From assembly GCA_965602015.1 (NCBI GenBank), contig OZ271918.1, positions 1,088,001 to 1,152,000 of the forward strand: a stretch of 64,000 nucleotides of DNA, in the 5' to 3' direction. Origin of the DNA: Salinispira sp. Its GTDB lineage: Bacteria > Spirochaetota > Spirochaetia > DSM-27196 > Salinispiraceae. Numbering within the stretch: position 1 is the first letter of the stretch; the number at the start of each line of letters is the position of its first letter. The notes beneath the pieces were generated by a model. It worked only from the letters and a program-made list of their open reading frames with translations. It was not told where the DNA came from and did not search any database. The position numbers were made by a program, and so were the translations under genes. Positions 38,252-48,463 of this stretch are shown in pieces.

Positions 38252-40632
38252 TGATCTTCTCCCGAGGGTAAGAGATGTAACACCTCCCGGCTTACCAGGG
38301 AAAAACGCCTGTCTTCATCACCTTCGAGAATGATCGCCCGTGCTATTTCATAGCCTGCTTCGATGCTCAGCCGGGGCTGGGCGGATGAGGGCAGAGTGAA
38401 TTCCATGATCATGGGGTTAGGCGGATTGATGCCGCTGATAAACTGAATTTCACCACGACCCGTCAGGAATCGGTAGGGCAGATTGGAATCGAAAACCGAG
38501 GTGTCTGATTCGGTGAACAGTCTGATGCGCACCGCCCGGGGACGCCGCTCTGCGCTGTGCAGTTCTATCCGGTAACTGGAGCGGGCCAGAAAATCGTCCC
38601 GTCTTGTGCGGTAGCTCATTTGCAGCGGAATATCAAAGAGACCAAAATCCGCGCTGGTCCCCGCATCTTCCGCCCGAAGTTCGATACCCTGGAAATCGAT
38701 TTCGAAATCACCTAACGAGGCGTAACTCGTTGCAGTAATGCTGCCACGGGTGACCTGTCCGACCTTTAAGGACTGATTTTCCCCGCCGGGGCCATCAAAT
38801 GGTTCTTCCCTCTGGGTTACCGAGGTTATAGCGACCCTTTGGGGGTTTTCCGGGGAAAACGGATCGATCACCAATGTGATGAGCAAATTAATCATCAGCA
38901 GCAAAACCATGGTGATAGCCGAGGACCTAAGGGCGAAATTCCGCCTTCCCCGAACGGGATGGGGAAAAAGAAAGTCCAGACGAATCAGCATGAGCATAAA
39001 AGGCAGCAACAAAAAGGCTACCAAAAGGTTTATCCCCGGGTTCAGGCTGATCAATTCCCCGATAAGCCGGTACTCTCCCAGCCGGATGATATCCACAACG
39101 CCGATAACTATGAGAATCGGCGACAGCAGGGCGGACAGCACCTTGGCGATGCGGTTGCGGCTCACGGAAAAAATAAATGCCCAGAACAGGGCCCAGAGAA
39201 AGTAATACGCGAAGTTGATATTTATCAGGCCAAAGATCAGCACGTCAATGCTGAGGATGAGAATCGCTGAGGCGGAGTAAAAGCTTCCGTTTTTACTTAA
39301 AGGCGTTCGGTGCAGGACGGTAAACAGGAGGGTGAAAAGCAGGGTGGCGCTGGTGGTCTTGAGAAGAAAGAGCGGTATGGGGATAAACTCCCATAGCCTG
39401 TCCATTCCCCGTATTCCCTGAACCAGGGAAACCATCAGGCTGCCCAGAAAAATAAAGCTGAACATGGCTCCGTAGAGAAGCGGCAGGTTCCAGAAATTTT
39501 TGCGGATCGTCCTGGCATACTTTTCCCGGCGCCGGCGGAAAATAAACAGCCACACATACAGTCCTGCGAGAATGAGGTAGATGCTCAACACATAGCTGCT
39601 CTCGGGGATAATCCACTGACCCAATCCGAGGTTGAGGTTTATGTAGTGCTGGTCCCAGAGCCCGGTTATATCCGCCTGCTCGAGAACATCCCGGCCCTCA
39701 GTCATGGACATCATATCCGACATAAGCGTCAGAGCGCGCAGCTGCCGGGCTTCTATAGTTGCGGGATTTTCAACCAGGTTGTGCTCTCCGTTGCGGTTCA
39801 TCCGTGAAGACGGGCCGTCGGTATCTTCCGGGAGAAAACGGAGTCCTACAGCATTGAGTTCCGCAGAAAGCAGGGGACCCAGAACGCTGGGGGAGGCCAG
39901 TCCGATGCGGTATAGCTGAGTGCGGCTGTTTGCCAGGCCCGAGGGGTAGCCCGCCATCTCTATTCGCTCCTCGAGGTAGCGGAGAATCCAGAGGGGAGAG
40001 ACGATATTGCGGTCTCCGTTAACGAGCTGGACACGGCTCCCGAAATTCTCTGCGCTATCTATCACATAGACCACATCGGGAATTTGCGGGCTGTTTCTGG
40101 ACAGGTACTCCCGAATGCCCTTCTGCCCGTCGATGCTGCCCAGAAAGTTTATTTCGAGGGTGGGTGCTTCGGGATCCCTGCCTGTCTGCTCGAGTATTGA
40201 GAGGATGGCGGCGATTGCCGCGCTGTTGTTCCGGGAAGCCGAATTGCCGGGATCCATAACATAGGCCACGAACATCAGAATGCGGGTATCTTCATTGCCT
40301 TCTATGAGAAAGCGGAGATTCTCTCCGTAGGAGTGAAAACTCTCATCCCGGCGGATTGCATGCCGCCTCGATGCAATTCCCCGACTTCTGGCAAAATCTT
40401 CAAGAAAATCAAGGGTCTCCCCGGCGCCGGACAGGTTTTCCTCCCTGTTTGTGATTTCCCCGATCCTGTCCCGGTATTCCCGGTAACGCGCAAGGAGCAA
40501 GACCTGTTCCGGGGAATCGGCCAGAGCTGACCCGCTAACCTGAGCTGTGATGCTGTCTATTGAAGCAAGGGACAGAAGGAGGAGACCGATAAACAGCTTT
40601 AGCCCGGTTGGGAAGCGTTTGCCTATCTTCAT
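38248..40632 (-). CDS. Multi-pass membrane protein with a degenerate M28 peptidase-like exported domain
   Basis: Signal peptide; NNSAAIAAIL resembles M28 DNASG.A.LL; central block of about eight TM helices; C-terminal soluble domain. Confidence 0.6.
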   Translation of the reverse strand: MKIGKRFPTGLKLFIGLLLLSLASIDSITAQVSGSALADSPEQVLLLARYREYRDRIGEITNREENLSGAGETLDFLEDFARSRGIASRRHAIRRDESFHSYGENLRFLIEGNEDTRILMFVAYVMDPGNSASRNNSAAIAAILSILEQTGRDPEAPTLEINFLGSIDGQKGIREYLSRNSPQIPDVVYVIDSAENFGSRVQLVNGDRNIVSPLWILRYLEERIEMAGYPSGLANSRTQLYRIGLASPSVLGPLLSAELNAVGLRFLPEDTDGPSSRMNRNGEHNLVENPATIEARQLRALTLMSDMMSMTEGRDVLEQADITGLWDQHYINLNLGLGQWIIPESSYVLSIYLILAGLYVWLFIFRRRREKYARTIRKNFWNLPLLYGAMFSFIFLGSLMVSLVQGIRGMDRLWEFIPIPLFLLKTTSATLLFTLLFTVLHRTPLSKNGSFYSASAILILSIDVLIFGLININFAYYFLWALFWAFIFSVSRNRIAKVLSALLSPILIVIGVVDIIRLGEYRLIGELISLNPGINLLVAFLLLPFMLMLIRLDFLFPHPVRGRRNFALRSSAITMVLLLMINLLITLVIDPFSPENPQRVAITSVTQREEPFDGPGGENQSLKVGQVTRGSITATSYASLGDFEIDFQGIELRAEDAGTSADFGLFDIPLQMSYRTRRDDFLARSSYRIELHSAERRPRAVRIRLFTESDTSVFDSNLPYRFLTGRGEIQFISGINPPNPMIMEFTLPSSAQPRLSIEAGYEIARAIILEGDEDRRFSLVSREVLHLLPSGEDQ

Positions 40633-40633
40633 G

Positions 40634-41743
40634 CTATACGCTGTAGTGAAGATTAAGGGCATTGCGCCGTATAAATCGCTGAAGCCCCAAGTCCACCATT
40701 TTGCTCAGGAGTTCGGTATAGCCGAGGCCGCCGGTCTCGCACATTTTGGGATACATGCTAATGGAGGTAAAGCCCGGCATGGTATTGATTTCGTTCAGGA
40801 ACACATCACCCCGGTCCTTATCAATAAAAAAATCCACCCTCGCCAGCCCGTCTCCGCCGATTGCCTTGAAGGCCGCCACCGCGTGTTCCCGTATGCGGGA
40901 AGCCTGGTCTTCATTCAAATCAGCGGGAAACTGAAGGGTCGCTCCGTCGGGGTCAAGGTATTTTCCGCTGTAATCGTAGAACTCGTGGTGGGAAATAACC
41001 TCCCCCGGGGGAAAGGAAATGACATCCTGGTATCCCAGCACCGAACACTCTATTTCCCGGGCATTTATTGCGGTTTCAACGAGGATTTGGGTGTCGAACT
41101 GGAATGCCCGCGAAAGCGCAGCGTCAAGATCCGCTGAAGATTTAACCTTGCTAATGCCCACCGACGAACCTGCCCGACAGGGCTTTATAAAAAACGGCGA
41201 TCCCAGTTCTTTTGACCATCGGGCATACAGGGATTCCGCTCCCTCCTCGCCCCGTGGCAGCCCGCGGTACTCGGCAACGTCGAATGCCGCATAGGGCACC
41301 ACCGGCAAACCCGAATTGCTCCACATTTCCTTGGCGCGGATTTTATCCATTCCCAGAGCTGAAGTGAGGATGTCCGAGCCAGCATAGGCCACATTGAGGG
41401 TTTCGAGAAAACCCTGGATGGTCCCGTCCTCTCCGTTCGTCCCGTGCAGAACGGGAAAGGCGATATCAACCGGCAGCTTCTCACCCTCGCAAAAGAGTCC
41501 CAAGCCCGGATATCCCACAACCTGCCTGCCAGGGCCGATCTCTAAAGCTGACCCAGCGAGTACCAGTTCCAGCATATCATCATCCTGAAGATGCCATTGA
41601 GCCGATTCATCTATGCCGATAAGCACAAGGTTAAAGCGCTGGTGGTCGAAATTTCTGATTACGCTTGCGGCTGACTCCTTGGAAACCTGGTGCTCACCGG
41701 ATTTTCCGCCGTACAGGATGGCCACAGTTGTCTTGTTTGTCAT
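40634..41743 (-). CDS. ddl: D-alanine--D-alanine ligase
   Basis: GGKSGEHQVS, PVLHGTNGEDG, GSSVGI, FYDYSGKY, NEINTMPGFT. Confidence 0.96.
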   Translation of the reverse strand: MTNKTTVAILYGGKSGEHQVSKESAASVIRNFDHQRFNLVLIGIDESAQWHLQDDDMLELVLAGSALEIGPGRQVVGYPGLGLFCEGEKLPVDIAFPVLHGTNGEDGTIQGFLETLNVAYAGSDILTSALGMDKIRAKEMWSNSGLPVVPYAAFDVAEYRGLPRGEEGAESLYARWSKELGSPFFIKPCRAGSSVGISKVKSSADLDAALSRAFQFDTQILVETAINAREIECSVLGYQDVISFPPGEVISHHEFYDYSGKYLDPDGATLQFPADLNEDQASRIREHAVAAFKAIGGDGLARVDFFIDKDRGDVFLNEINTMPGFTSISMYPKMCETGGLGYTELLSKMVDLGLQRFIRRNALNLHYSV

Positions 41744-43524
41744 CGCACTCTCCGATAGCCCATGTCTTCGAGGATCTGCCGGGCAACGCTTTCCTCGTCC
41801 CAGGGAATTTTGCCCTCAGCCATAATTATACTCCCCTCATGACCCTTGCCGAGCATGACTACCAGGTCTCCGGGCAGAGCGATTTCAAAGGCCTTTTTGA
41901 TGGCATTCCTCCGGTTGGGAATTTCAAGGATTTCACAAAAACGATCCGATTTTCGGGCTCCCGCGCTGATATGGGAAATAATGGTCTGCTCGTCCTCAAG
42001 CCGCGGGTCTTCATTGGTAATGACCAGTATATCGGCATACTCGGCGGCAATCTGTCCCTGTACCGGGCGTTTTTCCACATCCCGTTCACCGGCGGATCCA
42101 AACACCGCAATAAGCCTTCCCCCGCAGGACTCTCTGAACAGTGGAAAGACCTTGCGGAAGCTGCCGGGGGTATGGGCGTAATCGACAATTGCGCTGAACG
42201 GCTGGCCGTGAAAAAGGGGAAGCATCCGGCCTTTTACGCCCTTAACCGATGCGGCGGCCTTCCCAATCGCATCGGGGGACGCACCAAGGAGGGCATACAG
42301 AACCCCCGCGCATGCCAGAATATTATCAATATTAAACGCCCCGGGAACCGGAAGTTCCACGGCGCTGCTCTGGTTTTGAATACTCAAAGTAAAACTGTTG
42401 CTGTCCGCCCTGCTTTCACAGTCGCTGGCCCGAATCGCCGCAATAGCGCCGCCAGAACCACCCTCGGCTGCGCCGGCATCCTGGCACGCTGAATAGCGCA
42501 GAACCCGGGCTCCGACAGCTTCTGCCAGCTCGGCCATGTAGTCTCCCGAGGGATCGAGAGCGTTTATTACCGCCACCGGTTGCCCCTGTGCCTCCGGGCC
42601 AGCGTTTTTCATGGCCGCGGTAATTTTTTCGCGCACATCCTGCGGCGGGGCTGCGAGCTGCCGGAAAAGATTTCCCTTGTCAGATCGGTACTGTTCAAAG
42701 CTTCCGTGAAACTCCAGATGTTCATGGGTGAGATTGGTAAAAAGAGCCGCATGATATTGCACATCCCTCAGGCGGGAGGTTTTGTGGGACAGGCCGTGGC
42801 TGGTAGATTCCACCACCGCGACGAGCTTTCCCGAGTCGGCCATGCTGCGCAGCAAGCCGTGGATTTCCGGCGCTTCGGGGGTCGACTGCCTCAGGGTATT
42901 GTCCTCTACCGATTCGCCGCTTTGCATGGCCACCGTTGAAATAAATCCCGCGGGGATTCCCAGGCTCTGCACCATTTGATGCAGGTAGGACACCGTTGAG
43001 CTTTTTCCATCGGTGCCCGTCACCCCGATAATCAGCATTTCCCTGGCGGGATAACCGTAAAACGCCGCGGACATGGCGGACAGGGCGGCTTTGGAATCAT
43101 CGCAGCGAATCAACGGGGGAAGGGCTCTTTTGGCCCTGTCTTGCTGCCCGGCGGGCTCATCCCCGTTTGGATTATCTCCGTTTGGATTATCTCCGGTTGG
43201 ATTATCTCCGGTTGGATTATCTCCGGTTGGATTATCCCCGGCTGGATTATCTCCGGCGGTGGTCCTTCCCGAACGCAGCTCTTTGATTACCGGGGTATCA
43301 TTCTGGTATAGAACTGCCGCCGCCCCAGCTTCGATGGCCTGGCCGATAAATCGGTGTCCGTCGGTGTGCATTCCGGGGACCGCAAAAAATAGGGCTCCGG
43401 GCTCAACCCGCCGGGAATCATAGACGATAGATGTAATAAGAGGATCATTTTCCCCAGCCTGGGTCGGGTGAATTACGGCATTCGGATATGCCCGGCAGAG
43501 CGCGGATAAGGGTATTCCAGTCAT
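41740..43524 (-). CDS. murE: UDP-MurNAc-dipeptide ligase MurE
   Basis: DSRRV, GVTGTDGKSS, TNLTHEHL, VDYAHTP, GSAGERD, NEDPR, GKGHE. Confidence 0.93.
   Translation of the reverse strand: MTGIPLSALCRAYPNAVIHPTQAGENDPLITSIVYDSRRVEPGALFFAVPGMHTDGHRFIGQAIEAGAAAVLYQNDTPVIKELRSGRTTAGDNPAGDNPTGDNPTGDNPTGDNPNGDNPNGDEPAGQQDRAKRALPPLIRCDDSKAALSAMSAAFYGYPAREMLIIGVTGTDGKSSTVSYLHQMVQSLGIPAGFISTVAMQSGESVEDNTLRQSTPEAPEIHGLLRSMADSGKLVAVVESTSHGLSHKTSRLRDVQYHAALFTNLTHEHLEFHGSFEQYRSDKGNLFRQLAAPPQDVREKITAAMKNAGPEAQGQPVAVINALDPSGDYMAELAEAVGARVLRYSACQDAGAAEGGSGGAIAAIRASDCESRADSNSFTLSIQNQSSAVELPVPGAFNIDNILACAGVLYALLGASPDAIGKAAASVKGVKGRMLPLFHGQPFSAIVDYAHTPGSFRKVFPLFRESCGGRLIAVFGSAGERDVEKRPVQGQIAAEYADILVITNEDPRLEDEQTIISHISAGARKSDRFCEILEIPNRRNAIKKAFEIALPGDLVVMLGKGHEGSIIMAEGKIPWDEESVARQILEDMGYRRVR
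43153..43257 (-). repeat. In-frame 15-bp tandem repeat x7 in murE
   Basis: Encodes AGDNP-AGDNP-TGDNP-TGDNP-TGDNP-NGDNP-NGDEP. Confidence 0.92.
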
Positions 43525-43589
43525 GGATTCCGAGTCTATCAGGGGGATGTGAGGACTTCAAGCTATACCAACATCGCGACGGAGGACCG

Positions 43590-45335
43590 GTGGATCATCC
43601 CTATCTAGACAGCCAGCTATTTGCGTACATCGGCAATAAGCGCGCCCTGCTTCCATTTCTCCACGAGGAATTTGCTAAGGTCGCTGAGCAGACCGGTCAA
43701 ACCCGACTTCGCTTTTACGATCCCTTTGCCGGAACCGGAGCGGCATCAAGGCTCGCCCGGTTTATGGGGATGGATGTCCATTCGAATGATTGGGAATACT
43801 ACAGCCAGTTGTACAACCGGGTGTATATCTGCGAAACCAGAGAGTCGGCGGAATCACTCTTCAAGCCCTTCGGAGGTTTGGCGGCCCTTCTCGGGAATAT
43901 CAATGCCCGGGGTCGACAGGCGGCGGCCGACGGGCTGCCCGCCGATGTACCGGCCTACATATCGGCCTTTTACGCACCTCCCGAAACCGACGCCGCGGAC
44001 TACCGCCGGCATCGGCTATTTTACACTGCGGAAAACGCCCGTTTTATTGACTACGTGCGCCATGTAATTGCAGTGGAATTTCCCGACAGGAGCATGGCTG
44101 AGCTCCTTACCGCCCTCCTGCTGTACCAGGCGGGCACCCATGCCAACACCTCAGGAGTTTTCAAGGCATATCACAGGGGATTCGGCGGTTTGGGGGGAGA
44201 TGCGCTCAAGCGCATCATGCATCCAATGGAACTTGCCTACCCGGCGCTGCCCTCCCGGGCCGATCTGCCCGATGATCAGCATTGCTGGGTGACGGGGAAT
44301 GACGCCACGGGGCCCAGCGGTCAGGCCTACGATCTTGTCTATCTCGATCCGCCGTACAACGGCCACCAGTACGGAAGCAATTATTTTATGTTGAACAGCA
44401 TCGCCCGATGGGATAAACCGCCGGTGGACCAGAGCCGGGGGGACGACGGCCGTTTCCGGAAAAAAGCTGCCATCCGTCCCGATTGGGTCAAAACCCGCAG
44501 CGATTTCTGCTACAGCAGCAGCGCTTCCAATGCCTTCCGTGAGCTCCTCAGTAATCTGGATGCTCCGCGGATTCTCCTCAGCTATAACACCGAAGGAATC
44601 ATCCCCTTCGATGAACTGACTGAAATTATGGCCGGTTGCGGCAAACTGAGCATTCACACCCGTGAGTATACAACCTACCGCGGCGGTCGGCAGAGCAACG
44701 GCCGAAAAGTGCGGAACATGGAATTTATCCTATCCCTGGATCGCCGAAAAAGGACCAGCAAAAATGATCTGGAAGAAATCCGCAGGATTTCCGCCTCCCG
44801 ACGTCTGGAGCGCCTTACCCAGGCTTCCTTCGATCCGCAGCAGGTTCCGGTGATGAATCATCACACCAAAAGCCGGGGAAGCGAATCAAGTGCCCGGCTC
44901 CAAATAGGCGGTGTAGGGGATGTCAGGATGCCGTTTTTCTTTGAGTTCTCCCCGGAAGCCCGGGAGGCCATCAAGCGCGGTATGGTCTCCATGGATATTG
45001 AGACCATTGAGGAGCTGGGAGATCAGCTTGAGGAAGTAACCCTGCCGGGCCACATCGAGCGCTCGCAGATACTCGTAGAGATTATCGAAAGCCGATATCA
45101 AAACGGGGAAGACTGGAAACAGTATGCCGACAGCCTGTTGTGGAGCCTAAAAAAGTTCGCCTTCCGCAAGTATGCCGATGACTTTCGGCAAATAGTTCAG
45201 CAGATAAAAAACCGCATTGATTCCGGGAAGCTGCCGGATTTCTCACAACGCCTTGGCGCTCTGGAGCTTCGGGTTGCCAGGCGTATTGCCGGCAGTTCTC
45301 CGAGAACCGTGAGGGAGACCGCAGCGCCGGAGTGA
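43590..45335 (+). CDS. N6-adenine DNA methyltransferase (D12/FokI-like), orphan
   Basis: YIGNKR.L, YDPFAGTG (motif I), YLDPPYN..QY..NY (motif IV), LSYN.EG; GTG start with SD GGAGG. Confidence 0.88.
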   Translation: MDHPYLDSQLFAYIGNKRALLPFLHEEFAKVAEQTGQTRLRFYDPFAGTGAASRLARFMGMDVHSNDWEYYSQLYNRVYICETRESAESLFKPFGGLAALLGNINARGRQAAADGLPADVPAYISAFYAPPETDAADYRRHRLFYTAENARFIDYVRHVIAVEFPDRSMAELLTALLLYQAGTHANTSGVFKAYHRGFGGLGGDALKRIMHPMELAYPALPSRADLPDDQHCWVTGNDATGPSGQAYDLVYLDPPYNGHQYGSNYFMLNSIARWDKPPVDQSRGDDGRFRKKAAIRPDWVKTRSDFCYSSSASNAFRELLSNLDAPRILLSYNTEGIIPFDELTEIMAGCGKLSIHTREYTTYRGGRQSNGRKVRNMEFILSLDRRKRTSKNDLEEIRRISASRRLERLTQASFDPQQVPVMNHHTKSRGSESSARLQIGGVGDVRMPFFFEFSPEAREAIKRGMVSMDIETIEELGDQLEEVTLPGHIERSQILVEIIESRYQNGEDWKQYADSLLWSLKKFAFRKYADDFRQIVQQIKNRIDSGKLPDFSQRLGALELRVARRIAGSSPRTVRETAAPE

Positions 45336-45363
45336 CGGCCATGTACGGCTGCTTTGTGCCCTG

Positions 45364-45394
45364 AAAAAAAACACCCGGGAACCGGTCCCGGGTG
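45364..45394 (-). terminator. Rho-independent terminator after hflC
   Basis: CACCCGGGA-N5-TCCCGGGTG hairpin followed by a T8 run on the minus strand. Confidence 0.8.
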
Positions 45395-45419
45395 CTGTAA
45401 TCTGTAATCAGCCTGTGCG

Positions 45420-46439
45420 CTAATTTCCCTGCTCGTTGTACAGGAAGTTGAAATAGTCCATATCCGTTGAGAGGGTTTTCTGGAAGCCCGGAACTGTTCG
45501 CCGGTAACTCTCAATCGCCCTCCAGAACTCGAAGAACTCGGGATCTTGGGTGTAGGACTGGGAGTAAATCCGGGCAGCCTCAGCATCGGCCTGACCGCGG
45601 ATTATTTCCGCCTGTTCGTATCCTTCAGAGAGTATGCTGCGCTTCTCGTTCTCAAGCAGACCGAGGAGCTCCTGACGCTGACCTTCACCGAAACTTCGGT
45701 AAAACTCGGCTATCCGGTTTCGCTCGGAAATCATACGGTCGTAGACCCGTTCGATGAGGTCGTCGCTGTAGCGCACGTGACGGATCACCAGGTCGATGAG
45801 CTCGATGCCGAGTTCCTCAATGGTAGGCTGGCTGATTCTCAGGGCGTCCGCGCTGAGCTGGCTTCGTCCCCGGTCGATGTTGGGCTGGCTGCCCGTACTG
45901 GTGGCCTGAGCCAACTGGGCCTCAAACTCGGCCTGATCGAATCCCTCGGCGGACACCGAAATGGTTGACAGCTCTTCTGCGTCCACCGCAACCTGATTTA
46001 TGAGGTTGGAATCCCGAACGATGGAATTCAGAGTGTTCTGACTGACCACCGTTCTCACCGCAGATTCGATGACATCGTCAAGGCGCCGCTGCGCCGCGGA
46101 AATGGTAACTCCGAGACGGGAATAAAACTGCGCCGGGTCGCTGATTCGCCATCGTGCGGTGGTATCGAGTATAATAAACTCTCCTCCCACCGTCGGCATG
46201 GGAATCGGCGCTCCGTCCCACGGTTGAATCTTTTTGCTATAAATTTGAACGTTATCGATAAAGGGGGTCTTGAACTTCAGTCCCGCCTCGGTATCGGCCC
46301 TGACAATCTGACCGAATCGCAGGATTACCGCCTGCTCACCCTCGTTGAGGATGTAAAAGGGTCCGAGAACAAAGAACAGGATTCCCAGAAGCACAATAAC
46401 GCTGACCGCGATGATTAGTCTTCTCATTGGTTTATTCAT
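45420..46439 (-). CDS. hflC: FtsH modulator HflC
   Basis: SPFH domain; GLKFKTPF, RMISER..IAE.YRS.G, DPEFFEFWRAIESY. Confidence 0.93.
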   Translation of the reverse strand: MNKPMRRLIIAVSVIVLLGILFFVLGPFYILNEGEQAVILRFGQIVRADTEAGLKFKTPFIDNVQIYSKKIQPWDGAPIPMPTVGGEFIILDTTARWRISDPAQFYSRLGVTISAAQRRLDDVIESAVRTVVSQNTLNSIVRDSNLINQVAVDAEELSTISVSAEGFDQAEFEAQLAQATSTGSQPNIDRGRSQLSADALRISQPTIEELGIELIDLVIRHVRYSDDLIERVYDRMISERNRIAEFYRSFGEGQRQELLGLLENEKRSILSEGYEQAEIIRGQADAEAARIYSQSYTQDPEFFEFWRAIESYRRTVPGFQKTLSTDMDYFNFLYNEQGN

Positions 46440-47428
46440 TGCTGTCCCCCTGCCTGATCCTGTCCGAGATTCAGCAGCGGTATAAAATTCTGCAGATCCT
46501 TGTCAATTAATGTGGTGGCTTCCGCATCGGCGAAAATCTCTTCCATCATTTCGAAATACAGACGGGTGCGGGTCGTTTGCGGTTCATTCCGGTACTCGGA
46601 AAGGACAGAATTAAACCGGGCAACGTCTCCCTCAGCCCGGTTAATGCGCTCGTTGGCATAACCCTGGGCAGTCTGTATAACCCGTTCCCGCTCACCTCTG
46701 GCTCGGGGAATCTCCGTGTTGTAGGCCTGCTGACCTTCGTTTATCAGCCGCTCCATATCCTGCTGGGCGTCCTGAACATCCTTGAATGCCTCTTCAACCC
46801 GGCCGCTGGGGGGAACAATATTACCTAATTCCACGGTGGTGACATTGATGCCCAACTCGTAGTTATCAAAAATATCATTCATTTCCTGACGGGCGAGACC
46901 CTCGATTTCTGTTCGCGCCGGACCGAGAACCGCGTTGAGGCTCCGGTCGCCGACCAGCTTGTTGATCACTGATTTTGAGATATCGCTGATGGTCTTGTAG
47001 GGATCGTCGACGTTGAACAGCCATGCGCTGGGATCATCGATGAGGAACTGAATAACCCACTCTACATCTATAATATTGATATCTCCGGTGAGCATAACCG
47101 ATTCTTCGGGATATTCCGCCGTATCGTAGATCGTTTCTACTCCCGCCTGTAGCGTCCGGAATCCGAAGGACATCGACTGGTTGAGTTCGGTGGGAACAAT
47201 AAAATGCTGCTCAATTCCGAAGGGAATCTTGAAGTGCAATCCGGCACCCCGGGTACGGTGATATCGCCCCAAACGGGTCACCACGGCCTGTTCGGTGGCA
47301 TCGACCTGAAAGAAGGTGCTCAAGGCCCCTCCGAGGGCGACCAGTCCGACCAGAATCAGGATGATCATGCTTGTGGTTATCACTGCGCCCGAACGTCGGC
47401 CTGAACCGCGTCCATTTGCATCTGACAT
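46436..47428 (-). CDS. hflK: FtsH modulator HflK
   Basis: MLTGDINI, IPRARGE, AEGDVARF, RTRLYFE. Confidence 0.93.
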   Translation of the reverse strand: MSDANGRGSGRRSGAVITTSMIILILVGLVALGGALSTFFQVDATEQAVVTRLGRYHRTRGAGLHFKIPFGIEQHFIVPTELNQSMSFGFRTLQAGVETIYDTAEYPEESVMLTGDINIIDVEWVIQFLIDDPSAWLFNVDDPYKTISDISKSVINKLVGDRSLNAVLGPARTEIEGLARQEMNDIFDNYELGINVTTVELGNIVPPSGRVEEAFKDVQDAQQDMERLINEGQQAYNTEIPRARGERERVIQTAQGYANERINRAEGDVARFNSVLSEYRNEPQTTRTRLYFEMMEEIFADAEATTLIDKDLQNFIPLLNLGQDQAGGQQ

Positions 47429-47580
47429 ACTGCCTCCTGTGTTCTTTTCACTACCTGTACCGTTGGTATGGCAGCATATTCAAAGTATACCGCATTAGCC
47501 TAGGGGTCAAACCCGGCCCGCTTGAAATTCGCTTTTCGATGCGCATTTGCCGAAGTACCTTTTCCCATAGGGAGACATCT

Positions 47581-48372
47581 ATGAAAAAATGGCTAAAAAT
47601 TGCCGGAGGGCTGGCTCTCGGCCTTCCGCTGGCGTTTATTATTGTCATCGGCGTGATTGCTTTTGCCGACGGCGCCTTGGGCCTGCAGGCCACTGATTTC
47701 TATCAGGGTACTGACGGCTACGCGGTGTTTCGCCCGGAGGACTACGGGAGCGGGTTCTCCAATCAGGACCTGCCGGCGGTGCTGCTTATTCACGAGTGGT
47801 GGGGACTGAATGCCGAGCACCTTGAAAAAGCCGAGGAACTGGCCCGTCAGGGTTATGTGGTGTACGCTCCCGACGCCTACGGCGGAAGGCTGGCGGTGAG
47901 CGTGCCGGGAGCCCTCTTTCTCACCTTCACCCAGGATCTGGGGGACATTCACGGGAGAATCGATGCGGCCTACCAGGCAATGCTTCGGGACCCCCAGGTG
48001 GATGAATCCCGCAGCGCGGTCGCGGGTTTCTGCTTCGGCGGACGACATGCCATGATGCTGGGCATCCGGGATGACCGCCCTGCAGCCACCGTTACCTTTT
48101 ACGGCAGCTCTCTGGTGACCAATCCAGCCCTCATGGGCAGTTTGGGACGGAACGGCCCGGTTCTCGGGATATTCGGCGAAGAAGATACCAGCATTCCCCT
48201 GGATGAGGTCGCCGCCTTCAACGCCGCCCTCAATAACAGAGGGGTTGATTACCGCGAGTACATTTACCCCGGGGTGGGGCACGCCTTCGTCAAGGCCGAT
48301 AATATAAATCTACCGGGACCGGCGGGGGAGGCCTGGGCGGTGTTCCTGGCGTTTCTCGAAGAGGTTTTGTAG
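47581..48372 (+). CDS. Dienelactone hydrolase-family protein with an N-terminal TM segment
   Basis: IHEWWGLN, GFCFGG, GEEDTSIP, GVGHAF. Confidence 0.9.
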   Translation: MKKWLKIAGGLALGLPLAFIIVIGVIAFADGALGLQATDFYQGTDGYAVFRPEDYGSGFSNQDLPAVLLIHEWWGLNAEHLEKAEELARQGYVVYAPDAYGGRLAVSVPGALFLTFTQDLGDIHGRIDAAYQAMLRDPQVDESRSAVAGFCFGGRHAMMLGIRDDRPAATVTFYGSSLVTNPALMGSLGRNGPVLGIFGEEDTSIPLDEVAAFNAALNNRGVDYREYIYPGVGHAFVKADNINLPGPAGEAWAVFLAFLEEVL

Positions 48373-48398
48373 GTCACGCGCCTTTGTAGGTCACGCGC
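48366..48398. repeat. Tandem direct duplication (16-bp identity, 17-bp period) spanning a stop codon
   Basis: TTTGTAGGTCACGCGC-C-TTTGTAGGTCACGCGC. Confidence 0.8.
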
Positions 48399-48463
48399 AT
48401 AAGACCGGAGGCTCGCCGAAAGCACAGGCCGCCGGAAACCGAAGCTGTTGTGGGTTTCTGTGC

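Noticed and set aside
43153..43257. Possible CRISPR or iteron array
   Set aside because: Contiguous in-frame 15-bp coding repeat inside murE.
43590..45335. Restriction-modification or defence island
   Set aside because: No nuclease, integrase or other defence gene is adjacent; both flanks are housekeeping genes.
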